Part shown: in pieces, positions 22,442 through 34,881 of the stretch
Layout: every line of letters starts with the position of its first letter
How positions within the stretch are numbered: position 1 is the stretch's first letter
DNA from: Naegleria gruberi
Lineage: Eukaryota
Assembly: GCA_000004985.1 (NCBI GenBank)
Contig: GG738864.1
DNA: 64,000 nt
Direction: 5' to 3' (one strand)
The notes under the pieces: generated by a model
Database searches by the model: none
The model's input: only the letters and a program-made list of their open reading frames with translations
Told to the model about the DNA's origin: nothing
Position numbers and translations under genes: made by a program

Positions 22442-23008
22442 TGTTCTTGGTTTATAATGACCTTGCCAAAGATGATGGGACTGAATAAATCAAAGCAGCG
22501 GCAGAATATCAATATGTTGTGATATTTTTTTTGAAATTATTAACGGCAATTTTTTTTTAGCTTTTGATCACAAAAGATTGGAAGTTGTAATATTCTTGAT
22601 TGATGATGAAAATAATATTCGCTGCGTTCATCCGGGAAGACTTTGAGGCAAAAGTACAAAAAAATTGATAAACACCACTGGTCCCAGCACAATTTGACCC
22701 TCCACCATTGTTAATCTGAGTCATCTCTCATCAGGAAATCTTCTCTCTTCAACCTCTGCGTATTGGATGGTACTTCTCTTGTTTGAATGTATTTTGAAGG
22801 TTCCAGTTGATAACCGAAACGATATGTTCTGAGCACTCTTTCCAGCATAGAAGCTTTGAAAGTATGCTCAGCACATAATTGACATCATGATAAATTATTG
22901 GAAAGTGAGCAATCATGGCTGTTCAACACTGTAGTTCCTTCTTTCGTCAGCAAAATGAACAGAAAGTTATACCACTCACCATATTTATAAATAATCTATT
23001 TTTATTAA

Positions 23009-23048
23009 TTGCTATTTTTATTATTTTTTAATTGAAATTAATTTTTAT
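23009..23048. repeat. Perfect AT-rich palindrome (15-nt arms, ttaattgaaattaat / attaatttcaattaa, with a 10-nt spacer)
   Basis: The right arm is the exact reverse complement of the left arm. Flanking A/T runs extend the stem to about 21 nt. Confidence 0.7.
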
Positions 23049-23937
23049 TAACATTAATTTCAATTAAAAAAAAATGCCTAAACCAAATCATCTGATCCTT
23101 GAACCATGGCAGTTAATGAAGAAAGTAAGTAGTTTATAGTAAATAATTAACAATTTGAACAGAATTAATTGAGTTATTCAGTGAAACTCAAAAACAAGCC
23201 TAAATCCAATTTAAACTAAAACAATTGATCAACGTAAGTTTTTTTATCATTTCAACTTTTATTTAACTAAAAACCTAGTCCGCACAATCAAACCAGCAAC
23301 AACAGTCATTAACAAATGTAAGTTTAAACCGATTTATTTATTGATGATTAACATATTTTTTTGTTAAATATCTGAAATTTTCAACTGTCACAAAGAGAAG
23401 GGTATTGAGTTGATTCATTAGTTGTAAGTCACTTTACTTTTATTGTTATTAATTCAAAACTAACAAGAATACATTATTGAAGAGCCCTTAACTGACCCGA
23501 AGAGGATGATCTTGAAGAAGAAGGCTGACAGAACTCATAGTGCTTCAAATCAACTGTTTCTTCTTGGCCTTTTCGTTAGCACTGAATCAATGATGATTAA
23601 GCTTATATTACGGCTGTGATGTGGTGCCATTTTTTTGTTGATTACTTCCAATTTATTTAGGTTGACCACAACTATTTTCAATAAACATTTTTCTTCAACT
23701 ACAAGTCAAATCAAGTCTTCTGAGAACAATGTAAAGTGAGCAATCTGAGCACACATACTAGCACACCCCCCAGAACAGTGCTCAGAAGACTTCTCAGCAC
23801 ACCTCTCAGAACTGTGCCCAGATCAATCCCAGCACAGATTCCTAGCACAGTGCCTAGAAGTGTGCTGGAGATGATTTACCTGGGAAGCCCCTGGGATGAC
23901 CACTCGGAATACAACCACGATCATACTCATCAAACGA

Positions 23938-24660
23938 CTATTTTCTCCTCTTGTTATTATTCTCTTTTGATTCCGAAGGTCTTTTTCTTTTTAAATCATT
24001 TCCTTCCTCATCATCATGATTTTTTACTTCTTCTTCCGATGATGATTCCGAAGATGAGCAAACTTTCTCTTCATCATCGGAAGAATTAATAGCTTCCCTA
24101 ATTCTTGTTCTCACCCTTTCCAATCCAACTTGTCTTGCTTTTGGTACGCCTCTCGTTCCATGCCACAATTCAGCATTGTCAGTGGCTAGTAAAACCTTCC
24201 TTGCTTCTTCATTCTGTGAGAATTTGCAATATAACATCTCCTCCAACAGGGAAAACTTCTTCCGATTCCACTCTCTTATCTGTTCATCATTCAACATGAC
24301 CATTTTACGTTGTTTTCTAGCATCTTCTCCATCTCCTTTCGAAAGCTTACTTTTACTCTCTAAACAAAATTGATGAGCCTTCTCTGTCGATGCAAGAGCA
24401 ATCTTTTGAGCATGAAAGCAATGTTCAACCGTTCTGTACGATTTGTTCTTGTATGTAAACGTTCCGATATGAAAGTTTGAGAGAATTTGTCGCCAATTCT
24501 TAATTTTGGATAGTTTTGAAAAATCATCGGAAGGATTTAGAGTTTCGTTTGCTCCTTTTCCAGGTGCTTTATCAGCAGATTTTGAGTAAAAGAAGAGAAT
24601 TGATGATGTTGGACCTTCTTCGTTGCTACTTTGAGACATTTTTTTATTGTAATTTTTCAT
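23938..24660 (-). CDS. NADAR (DUF1768, YbiA-like) domain protein
   Basis: The domain motifs are ILSNFHIGTFTYKNKSYRTVEHCFHAQKI...LLATDNAELWHGTRGVPKARQVGLER. I take ATG 24660 (MKNYNKKMSQSS) as the start; an alternative is ATG 24640. The tool's start at 24705 is a non-ATG codon. Confidence 0.55.
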   Translation of the reverse strand: MKNYNKKMSQSSNEEGPTSSILFFYSKSADKAPGKGANETLNPSDDFSKLSKIKNWRQILSNFHIGTFTYKNKSYRTVEHCFHAQKIALASTEKAHQFCLESKSKLSKGDGEDARKQRKMVMLNDEQIREWNRKKFSLLEEMLYCKFSQNEEARKVLLATDNAELWHGTRGVPKARQVGLERVRTRIREAINSSDDEEKVCSSSESSSEEEVKNHDDEEGNDLKRKRPSESKENNNKRRK

Positions 24661-24695
24661 TTCCTCCAAAAGATGGAAAATAAAATAACAAAAAA

Positions 24696-25934
24696 ATGTC
24701 ATCACAATTAAACATCAGCTTTCATAGATCAAATCATCAAGAAGAATCTGATTTTCTGATCTCTACTTCGTTTATTCATTGCCATGTCCACGAAAGTATT
24801 ATCAAGAAACATTTTAAAATGTTAGAAACAATGATGAATGGTAAATGGAAAGTTGAAAAGAAGGAAAATTTAACAATTTTTGAATTTGATTCGGAAAGTG
24901 AGAAGGAAATAGTTGGATTGATGGAAGAACAAAAGAAACAATTGCTCATGAAATGTCTTCTTTCGAATATTTATAAGAAAGAAGGAGAGAAAGTAGAAGA
25001 AAGTCAATTTTTGATTGAATATGACTTTTTGACTTGTTTTTACAATCTTGCTAATTATTTAGGTGCTGATGACTTATGCTCCTACTTGTTATTGGAACAA
25101 GATATCTTCCCGCCAACTGTCAAATTATTTCTTTACAAATTATGGAAACTTGACATTCCAGAAAAGATAAGAATTTCTTGGCTTTTCAAAGTTGAAACTC
25201 TTTCAGATTGCGAATTTGGTGAGCTACCAGTTGAAGCTCTCGATCAGATTATGGACGATGATTTAATTTCATTAAGTTCCAAGATTAAAATCTATGTGAA
25301 TCATGTTTCAAAGAATGGAGCTGAGAATTATGTGAAAATTGCTGAAAAGCTTAAGAAACTTTACGAATCATGTGGAAACTTGTTGGTGAATGATAATTTT
25401 GATTCCACTATTCAAGATTATTTGTTGGAATACTATGATATTTTCAAGGAAAGAACTCAAGTTGAAGATGCCAACGACACGCAACTATTCGAAACTGAAA
25501 CATTTATTCATTATTTTAGCATCTTTTTGGAGCTTGATTCTACAGATGATGAACCATATCCACTTTTAACAAAATTGAAGCTCAATTTGGAACAACATGA
25601 TAGCGATTCCATCTATTGGTGGTATTTCAAATTTCAAAATTCACTTCCAGATAATTTCAATGTCAGATTTTATTGTACATGTGACAATACTGACCTTTTT
25701 ATTAATGATTGGATTGAGAAATTGAATCCAATTCACTTGAAAGACTATTCTAAACCTCAAACTATTGACACCGATCAAGGATTTGAAAGTTTTGATGGTG
25801 AATCTTACATCACTCTTCATTCCTTAATTGTAATTGAAAAGGAAAATCCAAATAAGAGAAATCACGCAAATCTTCCAATCAATGATAATGACAATGAATT
25901 GAATTCCCTTTCCAAAAAGCAAAAATCAGATTAA
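24696..25934 (+). CDS. Hypothetical 412-aa protein with no recognisable domain
   Basis: It has a real ATG and a long open frame. It diverges head-to-head from the NADAR gene, with the two start codons only about 35 nt apart. Confidence 0.45.
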   Translation: MSSQLNISFHRSNHQEESDFLISTSFIHCHVHESIIKKHFKMLETMMNGKWKVEKKENLTIFEFDSESEKEIVGLMEEQKKQLLMKCLLSNIYKKEGEKVEESQFLIEYDFLTCFYNLANYLGADDLCSYLLLEQDIFPPTVKLFLYKLWKLDIPEKIRISWLFKVETLSDCEFGELPVEALDQIMDDDLISLSSKIKIYVNHVSKNGAENYVKIAEKLKKLYESCGNLLVNDNFDSTIQDYLLEYYDIFKERTQVEDANDTQLFETETFIHYFSIFLELDSTDDEPYPLLTKLKLNLEQHDSDSIYWWYFKFQNSLPDNFNVRFYCTCDNTDLFINDWIEKLNPIHLKDYSKPQTIDTDQGFESFDGESYITLHSLIVIEKENPNKRNHANLPINDNDNELNSLSKKQKSD

Positions 25935-26007
25935 TTTCCAATATTTTTCACCTCTTTAGAATATAACCCATTATCTCAATCTCCTTCTCTCTACATCCAT
26001 TTACAAT

Positions 26008-26931
26008 TCACTCAACCACAACATATGCACATTCAGTTTCAATTCCAAGATTATAATGCAAATCAACTCCTCTTTTAATCTTGAAAAATCCATCCAATCC
26101 AAATTCTGAACCCCACGAATTTCTCACCACCCAAAATTTTGTATCCTTTTCAATTCCCCAACCAACAATGGAAATGACGTGATTTAATTTGATGAATTCA
26201 CGGAATTCCTCGAATATTCCTCCATTGTAATGAGCGAGAGATTTTGTGGCGTCAATTCCACAACTGATTGGACCTCTATTGAATATTTCTCTCATCATTC
26301 GAAATTCACCTCTAATTTTTCCATAATGAAGTGCTCTGTATCGTTTATAGTTTCGAATAGGAAAACATCCTGTCGAATTACAAAATCCACACTCTTCAAA
26401 TTCACTGCATTTCTCATCTATGGCTTTGTAATTATTACAACTTTCGTCTGGAATCCCATGATGGAGTGCATAATGATAAACTCCCAAATGACTTCCTCCA
26501 TGACAAGAACCAACTTTTGCGCAGTCAATTACGTGTTGAACACTGAGAAGTAATGAATTTGGCCAACTGGATGCAATGTTGATTCGATCGGCAAGGGAGG
26601 AAGTTGCTGCATGAGCCCAGCAACTGCCACAATATTGAGGAATGTGTTGGTTTCTAACAACTGAAAGAAAATTCTTATTCGAAACATTTCTCCAATCAAA
26701 AGAAGAAGGAAATTCATTTTGATTGATATTTTCATGATCATCATCGAAAGGTATAGAATCAAATCTTGAATCTTTCAAATGGCATGGATTTTCTTCCAAA
26801 TGATCAATTAATTGATCGTAAAATTCATTTAGTTTCGAATCGGTTGAAACTCTTTCAATGTAAACAAAACTAAACAAGAAGAAAAGAAAGAAAATACTCA
26901 GCCAATAATTTGTGTTGACTTGTTTGCCCAT
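26008..26931 (-). CDS. Cathepsin X/Z-like papain-family cysteine protease
   Basis: The likely start is MGKQ, followed by a signal-like segment. The active-site motifs are QYCGSCWAHAATS, GCHGGSHLGVYHYAL and VISIVGWGIEKDTKFWVVRNSWGSEFGLDGFFKIKRG. Confidence 0.8.
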   Translation of the reverse strand: MGKQVNTNYWLSIFFLFFLFSFVYIERVSTDSKLNEFYDQLIDHLEENPCHLKDSRFDSIPFDDDHENINQNEFPSSFDWRNVSNKNFLSVVRNQHIPQYCGSCWAHAATSSLADRINIASSWPNSLLLSVQHVIDCAKVGSCHGGSHLGVYHYALHHGIPDESCNNYKAIDEKCSEFEECGFCNSTGCFPIRNYKRYRALHYGKIRGEFRMMREIFNRGPISCGIDATKSLAHYNGGIFEEFREFIKLNHVISIVGWGIEKDTKFWVVRNSWGSEFGLDGFFKIKRGVDLHYNLGIETECAYVVVE

Positions 26932-27275
26932 TTTTTGTAATTTTCTAAAAGTAGAAATGCAAAATGAAACTCTCAAAAATCAACCCAAAAATCAAACCTT
27001 TCAACACATTACAATAATTTGTATTGTAAAGTTGCAAATTTACAACAACATATTAAGCTCAAATAAGCTAACCAGTTCAAATTTAGCAATTTGTACTTTT
27101 TTAATCTAATGACCATCAAATTTCCAACACGAAAAAAAAACTCACAAAAAAAATCTCAACATCCCCGCGCTAAATTTCATCCTCATTTATCATCATACCA
27201 TCGTGTTCATGTCTGCACCATCATCAATCAGCATCCTTAGAGGAGAATTTTGGAACTTGTTCTTCAACTCAACTA

Positions 27276-27693
27276 ATGACTTGTTCTTCCGCTCCAAATA
27301 TTAAAGAAGATGAACAAGTTAGAATTTTACAAGACTTGGAGACTAGAAAACGAATCAAGGAAAAGTGGAATCAAGCCTTTGAATGGGCAAAGGAAATGTC
27401 CTTTGATGATGCTATTGAAAAGGGCTGGATGGAATATTCGCAAACTAGAAAGAATGTCAAGATTTATCAAACGACTAGACGAATTCAAAATGAAAAGTTT
27501 GAAGGACATATGTGTATTAGAGGAGATGTTTTGGTGGAGAAGTGTACAGCAGAGGAATTTATGACGCCTTTTACTTGTTTGGATATGGAAATAAAGAAGA
27601 TTTTGGATCCACTTGTGAAGAGAAATGAAGATGTTGAAATGTGGACTGATGAGGATGGTACATTTAAGATTCAATACTTTTTAATTGGAACAG
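27276..27693 (+). CDS. START (StAR-related lipid transfer) domain protein, exon 1
   Basis: A real ATG is present. The donor is ACA G|gtaggt at 27693/27694. Confidence 0.65.
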
Positions 27694-27751
27694 GTAGGTT
27701 TGCATTGTGCATATTAGTATATTAATAGGTAATATTCAAAATGAATGATAG

Positions 27752-28086
27752 CTCCATTAGTTTCGGATAGAGATTTCATCTATGTTGTGAAAATTGGTAA
27801 ATTGACACCAACGATATCCTATGTAGTTTCAGCAAGTATTCACTCTGAGACTTATGAACCACCATCGGATTTTGTCACATCAACAAAAGCTGTTCGTTCA
27901 CACAACTATTTCATTTCAAACTTTTATGAACAATTGGAAGATGGAAATTTGAAAGCAACCTATTGCACTTGTTCAGATCCTAGAGGTTGGATTCCAACAG
28001 CACTCACAAATACATTCCTGCAACATCAACCTTTAAAAATGGCTGATATTGCCAAAGTTGCACAAAAGAATTTATTGGAACATTAA
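27752..28086 (+). CDS. START domain protein, exon 2
   Basis: The acceptor is ...aatgatag|CT. The 58-nt intron preserves the frame (LIGT-A-PLVSDRDFIY...). The START-like end is DPRGWIPTALTNTFL. Confidence 0.65.
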
Positions 28087-28302
28087 CACTTGACAAACAA
28101 GAATATTCCTTCATCCTTTCTACCACAAAGTTCTTCCAAATTTTGAACACTAAGCTGTAGCATTGTGCAACCATTAGATAATTCCTCAGTTTGAGATTCG
28201 AAATAAATATTCCAAACTTGGAAACTTTGATTTTAATGAACTTTTGTTAATAAATGTCTTTATTTGAAATAAACTAAAATAATTAGTAAGGAGAGTAAAG
28301 AT

Positions 28303-31300
28303 TTATTCAAGTCCAAGGCTTGATGTTGACTGGTAAGCATACAAATTGCCAATGAATGAAATCTTGGCAAAATCACTAGGGAACAAACAATAAATACTAC
28401 CTTTCTTTTCACTGTCAACTGTATAATTGAGTTTAACTTTGGTTGTTGGTGAGATGGCTTGGTTAGCTTTAGAGTCCAAAACCACTTCATTGATTTCAAT
28501 TTGACAAATCTTTGATGTAAGTGAAGTGTCAATTTCCTTTGAATTTTCCACAGGTTTTCCTAATTTTTCTGCTGAAAGTTTTTCCTTGATCAAGTAGAGG
28601 GCATAATTTGACAATGCCAAACAACATTGTTCTTCCTTAGAATCAGTGTTTGTAAAGAGGACATCACAGTAGAACAATAATTGTTCATCCACACCAGAGG
28701 TAAAGACTGATGTTTGGAGGAGTTTGTGCAATCTCCAATCTACAGAAATTTCAGTATTTACAAGTTTAGAAGAAATTTGTGAAATAAACTTTGAGGTGAA
28801 TGTATCATTGCTAAAGTTGATAACATAAAAGCCCTTATTTGAAGTCTTCAGTCCGAGATACTTTCCAGAATAAGGAGAAGCAATATGCATTGCTTCTATT
28901 TGAGAGAAATTAGTAGAGCTTGATTCAGTGAGGAACAATTTACCAGTCTTGGTATCTTCTGTGTAAGTGTAGAGTCCAAACTTCTTCTCGTGAAGGACAA
29001 TAATAAGAGGCTCACCATTAATGACCACCTTGTCATAGCTCAACACATCACCAACAGAAAGACTCTTGCACAGGAGATTACTTCTTCTTACTAGAGATTC
29101 TTCTCTCAAAATTTGTTCCAATAAGGAATTTCTCAAGGAAGGAGTGGACAAGACAGAGTAATAAGAGTTAGAACTCTCAAGAGAGTTACCTGGCTCATTG
29201 GCAGTGAATGGTGATAATCTAACAATAAAGTCTAACATGTTGTACAAGTTGAATCTATCATATTTCATGTAAACACCACAAATTTCAGTAAGCATCATAG
29301 TGAGTTTTCGTTTTTGGTTCATGTATTGGGAGTGTGGATTGGAAATATTAGTTCCTGAAAATTCTTGCTTGTCACTAGTGACACTGTACAAAGGTAATGT
29401 TAACTCTTCAAGATATTGAATTCTATACAAGTTACCAAACAAAAAGTTATCTCTAGTATCATCAGAGTCTGTCGAGTGTTCAGTGATGGAATGGTAATAG
29501 AGTAATCTGAGCAAAACGGCAAAATCAGGAAGAGGAAGTATCCAGAAACTGAGCAATTGGCTTTGACAGAGATCATTCAATAACTCACTTTCGTAATCCT
29601 TATTATCATTCATTAGATGGAATGGAATAGATCTTACATTTGTTGTAATTAAATGCCACAACTTGACAAACTTGAATAAAAAGTGTCTTTCATCACTAGA
29701 AAATGGTTTGGTATGGGAGAAGTGGAATTGAATTCTATATCTGATAGTATTGTTGATTTGTTGCATTATTTGGGCTATTTGATCCATCAACTCGATAACT
29801 GATCGCCAAGCATCGGCCTTTCCTTTTTGGTTGGCAATGCTTTGGAGAGCAGTACCAGTGCTTTGAGTTTTTTGGAGAGCAGATTCCAATAAATCTGTCA
29901 TGATCTTGACAGCCAAGAGATTTAATCTATATGATCCAAATAATGTGTTAGATAAAGCCATGTAGATGAGGGAAATAATTTGTCCATTATTAATATCTGT
30001 TGGTTTGATGAGAGCAATCAATCTTAAACCAATAGTTCCAATGAAGAGATGTTTGAGTTCCTTATCTGATAAAAGTTGAGAAAGAGAAATCTTAGTAGTA
30101 TTGACAGATTGTGTAATAACATCATAAACATTGTCACGAGAAAGTTCATCAGAAAAGACGAGTCTGTAAAAGTCATTTGCCGAAAAGGAGCTCTTGACTT
30201 CATCATAGAAAGACCACATAGTAGTGAGCGGATTATGGGTGCCTTCGGTTGGTGCGTCCTTTTGCTTTTTTCTTCTCAACAAATCAACAAATTCATTCTT
30301 TGTACCAGATTTTCTGTGAATTCTTCTAATCTTGGCTGATTCGTCATTTGATTCGTCTTCCTCTTCGCTGTCATATGATGAAATATCTGTAAGAGAGCTA
30401 TCAGCAGATATAGTAAGGTCATCCTTACTGTCTTCAGAAACAGTCTTGTTGTTGGTGTGAATAAAGAATGGATTGAAAATCTTGAATGGATTATGTTTCA
30501 ACTCATCACTCCATTCTGAGGCTACGTCATCGAGAATTAATGCATGTAAAGCTCTTGAAATACTAAAGGAGCGTTCATTCCAATAGTTGGCAGAATACTG
30601 ATCAAACATACTATAGTTGAGCATTTGTACATAGTTTGGTTGTTTGATTTGGCTGGCCAGCTCTTCTGGGTTTACCCTCATGGATGATCTTTTCTTCATT
30701 CGAAGGGAATTTCTACGATTATCTTCATTATTCTTCTTTGCATTTTCTTCAGAGGAAAACATGGCCTCCATTGATTCAAAACTACGAGTTGATAATTGAA
30801 TGGATTTTCTCAAGGATTTACATCTTACTCTTCTCAATTCTGTTGTGGAGAGCTTTCCTTGGTTATTCTCAGAGAGTGCTGTTGGCTTTGAAACAAGTGT
30901 CATAATATTTTGTAATAAGGTAATAACCATTTGACGTCTTTCCTTTTGTTCCTCTCCGAATTCTTTATCGAATTTGGGTGTAGACATGGATTCCAAAGCG
31001 CCAACGAGGTTGATCATGACTCGAAGACAAACAAAGCTCGAAATGTCCAACTCTGAAATGCATTTGAGAAGAATAATATACTGATTGGAGAAGAGTGGTA
31101 AAGACTCTACAGTAAGAGTTTGATTTCTGCTGGAAGTATCACTAATTTGTATACCAATACCATTGAAAGATGCATTTTGTTCAAAGTTTTCAATAGTATA
31201 CAGTTGCGAATTTTCTCTTTCTATTTGTTGCTCTTGCTTGGTAATTAATATGAATAATTTACCATATTGCTCAAAGTCTAATTGTTCTGGAGGAGGAGAA

Positions 31301-34150
31301 GGTTGCAAAACTTTCAAGAGCCTAATACAATTATCAATCAAGTTATAATAAAGTTGCTTGGTTGATAAGTCAACTGTAAGCTGTTGAATAATTTTAAGTA
31401 ATTGTATGAGAAGGATATCCTTATATTCCGACAATAATTCTTCCTTCTTTACATGAGAAAGAATACCGAGAAGGGATGTTAATTCAAAGGAGTGGTTGAG
31501 CTTTGTTCCTCTATAACCTGCCTCTCTGGACAAGGCACTAATAGCTGTTACTACTCTCTTCAACAAATCCTTTTCAATGTTAGTCTCTCTGATTACTGTA
31601 ATAAAGCAACTAGCTGCCAATCCATTCAATTCCAAAGAACTAGAGACAGATATGGTACTATTTCCGGAATCTAGTGTGTTACTTGAGGCTGATTGCGTGT
31701 TTGTATTGACTAGTACAAGATTGAGAAGTCTAGTTTGTAAGTCAGCACAATACTTTGAATCATTGATCATTTTCAAGTGTTTGTTAATATTCAATAATGG
31801 AAGCATTTGAATGAGATGCAAAATTGTTGAAACCAATGGTACACCAAGAGTTGGATTGATGAGAATGTTTTGCAAATTTTCTTCTTGAATAAATTGAAGT
31901 AAAACATCCTGTAAATCATGGATTTGATTTAAATTGATCATTAATTGCATTCCTTGCAAACGATAGGATTCGTCAGTCATTTGATTAGAATCTCCAGCTC
32001 TAACGAGAGTTCTACTAGAGGTAACATATTGAGTTTGATGTTTGACCATCTTGTGGTGATAAATTGATAAAAGAGTGTCCACTGATTCAATAGCACCAGA
32101 TACTTGTTTGATATTCATATTAGAAATTCCAATTTGTAGAAAATGTTTCAGAGTGCCTAATAACAAATCCATAAATTTTCTTTGTTGGAACATGTCATCC
32201 TTAATTTTAGAAACATGACACACACTAGATAATGCAATTTGGATAGTTGGTAAACAGGTTGCAAAATGGGTTTGATTAAAGCCTGTTATTAATTGATGAA
32301 TGATATCATCATTGATTTCTGTACATTCTTTTTCGTCTTGAGTCTTGGCAAAGTAAACAGCTTTGGTAAGATATTCTGTGAGAGTGATGATTTTTCCAGT
32401 GAATTTTTCAGCACAGGCAGAAGTTGCAATGAAAAGTTTCAAGAGAAGATTGTACTTTTGAACTTGAGGTTGTAATACAGTTGGTTTCGTTGGAGAATTA
32501 AGGAAACCTTCATGTGATTTGATAATTACCTCCATCAAGTGATCGAAAAAGTCGGATTCAGTCATTGCCAAAACCATTGAATCATTGAAATTGAAAGTTT
32601 TGACAAGCAAGTTTGTACTCTGAATCTGAAGTTGAACAACTTCATTTGGAAGATCGTCAATCATGTTGGAGAAGGATTTGAATTGGTTGGTCATGTATTC
32701 TTGATAGAATTTGGATATGCCTTGCAATTTTTTACCTTTAGCTGCTGTCAAGAGACTATTATTAGTGTCCTCTGTAAATGATGAGCTTGGCGATTTCTTT
32801 GGTGAAATGTCATCATCGATTGGTCCAACATATGATGAACGTCTTCTATCGGAAAAGTTTGGAACAAGGAAGCTTGGTGAAGACGTATTACTTTGATCAT
32901 CTAAACTGAGTGGTTGTTTGAGTTTGATACTCATTCTGTTCAATTCTTGAGGAGTGGAAATCTTTGGTGTTGTTAAAGGATCGTAATCTTCAAAGTATTT
33001 CAATACATTGCATAAATTACTGATTGGGTGTTGGTTATATTTGCCTTTTTGACCCAATATGAATTGATGCAAGCATTGGTTGGTAATTTTGAGAATTTCA
33101 CTATTATTATTCCAGAACAAGAATTTACCCAATTCTGTGAGTCCTTGAACTTCCTCTCTTGTTGCACTGTCTAGACTCTTACTGAAAAAGCCAAAACTTG
33201 TGACAATGCAACGAATGAAACATTCTCTAGTGGTATGTGTTTCATCTCTTGAAACGTATCCCTTCAATAATTCAATAAATTTGACATAACCATTCAAACC
33301 AATAGTATTTGGGTCATCTTCATGAAGTTTCATTGAAATATCAGAAATGTTGGCTAGCAATTGTTTCATAGTTCTTAAAAGTTTTTGACCAGCAACAAGT
33401 AAATATACTTGTGAGGTATTTTCCAAAACTTCATTAATCTTTTCAAAGTGGGTTTGTTCTTTAATGCTCTCAACGATGGTTGGTCTACGTCCACTATTAT
33501 CTTCATGCATGGTTATTGGCTCATCCTTCAGAGATGTTTGCAAAACACTGAACAAATTATTAAAAGATGGAACACGTTTCATGAGACCTCTTGAAGTACC
33601 CTTCAATTGTTCACCAACTTCATCAAAGAAGAGTGGTTGAACAGTACCTTCAACACCTTGAAGAGCAGCCCTTCTTTCCTTGGAGAGAACTTCCTTTCCA
33701 TCCAGGCTAACAATTGGCAATCTGGAAATAAATAAAGTCCTATAATTCATTAATTTCATAACGAAAGGATTCGAATCAAAATTGATAGCTTTGATTTTTT
33801 TAAATCCTAACTTGAGCTCTCCTAAAAAGTTATCCAACTTTTCCTTATTCATATCCAATTGATTAAATGACATGTTCAAATCTTTCAATTTCACACAGGT
33901 GTGTAATCTTGTCAAAGATTCTAAACCATTACAAATCATGTTATACGAAATATCCAAAGATTCCAAATTGATCAGTTGTGAAATAGATTCTGGTATTGAT
34001 GAGAGCGAATTGTGTGACAAGTCCAAACGCACCAAATGTACATGAGCATTACTAAAGAGACATTTGTGAATTTCATTATGTGAGGCGTATAATCTTTTCA
34101 ATCTGGAAAATATTTCAAAATTCTTGTCAATTTCTTTAAATTGATTATTG
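28303..34150 (-). CDS. Large leucine-rich-repeat protein, exon 2 (about 1950 aa). It has N-terminal LRRs, a long helical middle and a PH/GRAM-like C-terminal region.
   Basis: The LRR segments are LRLDLSHNSLSSIPESISQLINLESLDISYNMI... This is the 1932-codon ORF. The acceptor ...aattatag|C lies upstream of the tool's TTG start. Confidence 0.65.
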
Positions 34151-34203
34151 CTATAATTTAAAAAGAAAATAATTAATTAGTTGTGAAAGAATATAAAACC
34201 TAC

Positions 34204-34427
34204 CTAATATCCAACTCTTTCACACTCGATGCACCCTTCATCACAGCCTTCACAGCACCCAACGATGAAAGTTGAAACTTTTCATTAGAAAAATCCAAAT
34301 AGATAGGGTAGGACAACTTTTTTGTTACATCCTTCGTACACAATCTCTTAAAAGCCTCTTCATCGAGATCCGAATAGAAGCGATCGGGCGTAAGGAGAAA
34401 GTTTCGCTTTTTTTTATCGATTGGCAT
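34204..34427 (-). CDS. LRR protein, exon 1 (75 aa, real ATG MPIDKKKRN..., with a further LRR)
   Basis: The donor is GAT ATT AG|gtaggt. A 53-nt intron runs 34151..34203. The splice gives ...VKELDI-S-NNQFKEIDKNFEIF... Confidence 0.55.
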
Positions 34428-34881
34428 ACTTATTGTAGATTTTAATTTTGGTAATTTTGGAGGGAATTTTCTTAGGCTATTTATGCCGTGTTATTAGTTG
34501 TTGTTGTTTGTTGCTTTTGATGTTTTTTTGTTGATTGCGAAAATATATAGGAAATGATTATCGCAATGATTGTTCTTTTCTATTGTTGTTCGCTTCTAGA
34601 TTGTTTACTTGATGAGGTAAGAACAATGTTCTATGGTACAGTGTTGAATCCTAGGGTTTTTTGTGGTTTGTTTTGTGAAGAAGAAAAGGAATCCACAATG
34701 TGATGATTTGTTTTTGGTGTGATGATTTTTTTTATGATGGAGGAATTTTGTTATTGACAGCTGACTTTTAGGTAACGGTTTGACAAGCGAATGAGAAGAA
34801 TACCAAGTTTTAACTGAAATTAATAAACATTAGTAAAATAGGGTATTCTTGATACCGCTTTGCATATCAGCATTATATTAT

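Noticed and set aside
23736-24089. Plus-strand 117-aa ORF with reiterated PRTVLRRLLSTPLRTVPRS
   Set aside because: Its repetitiveness reflects the TGAGCAC/CAGCACA DNA motif repeats, and it overlaps the NADAR gene's 3' end. A weak resemblance of gagcacacatactagcaca to the U6 snRNA 5' region was considered and dropped, because there is no ACAGAGA box or U6 3' stem.
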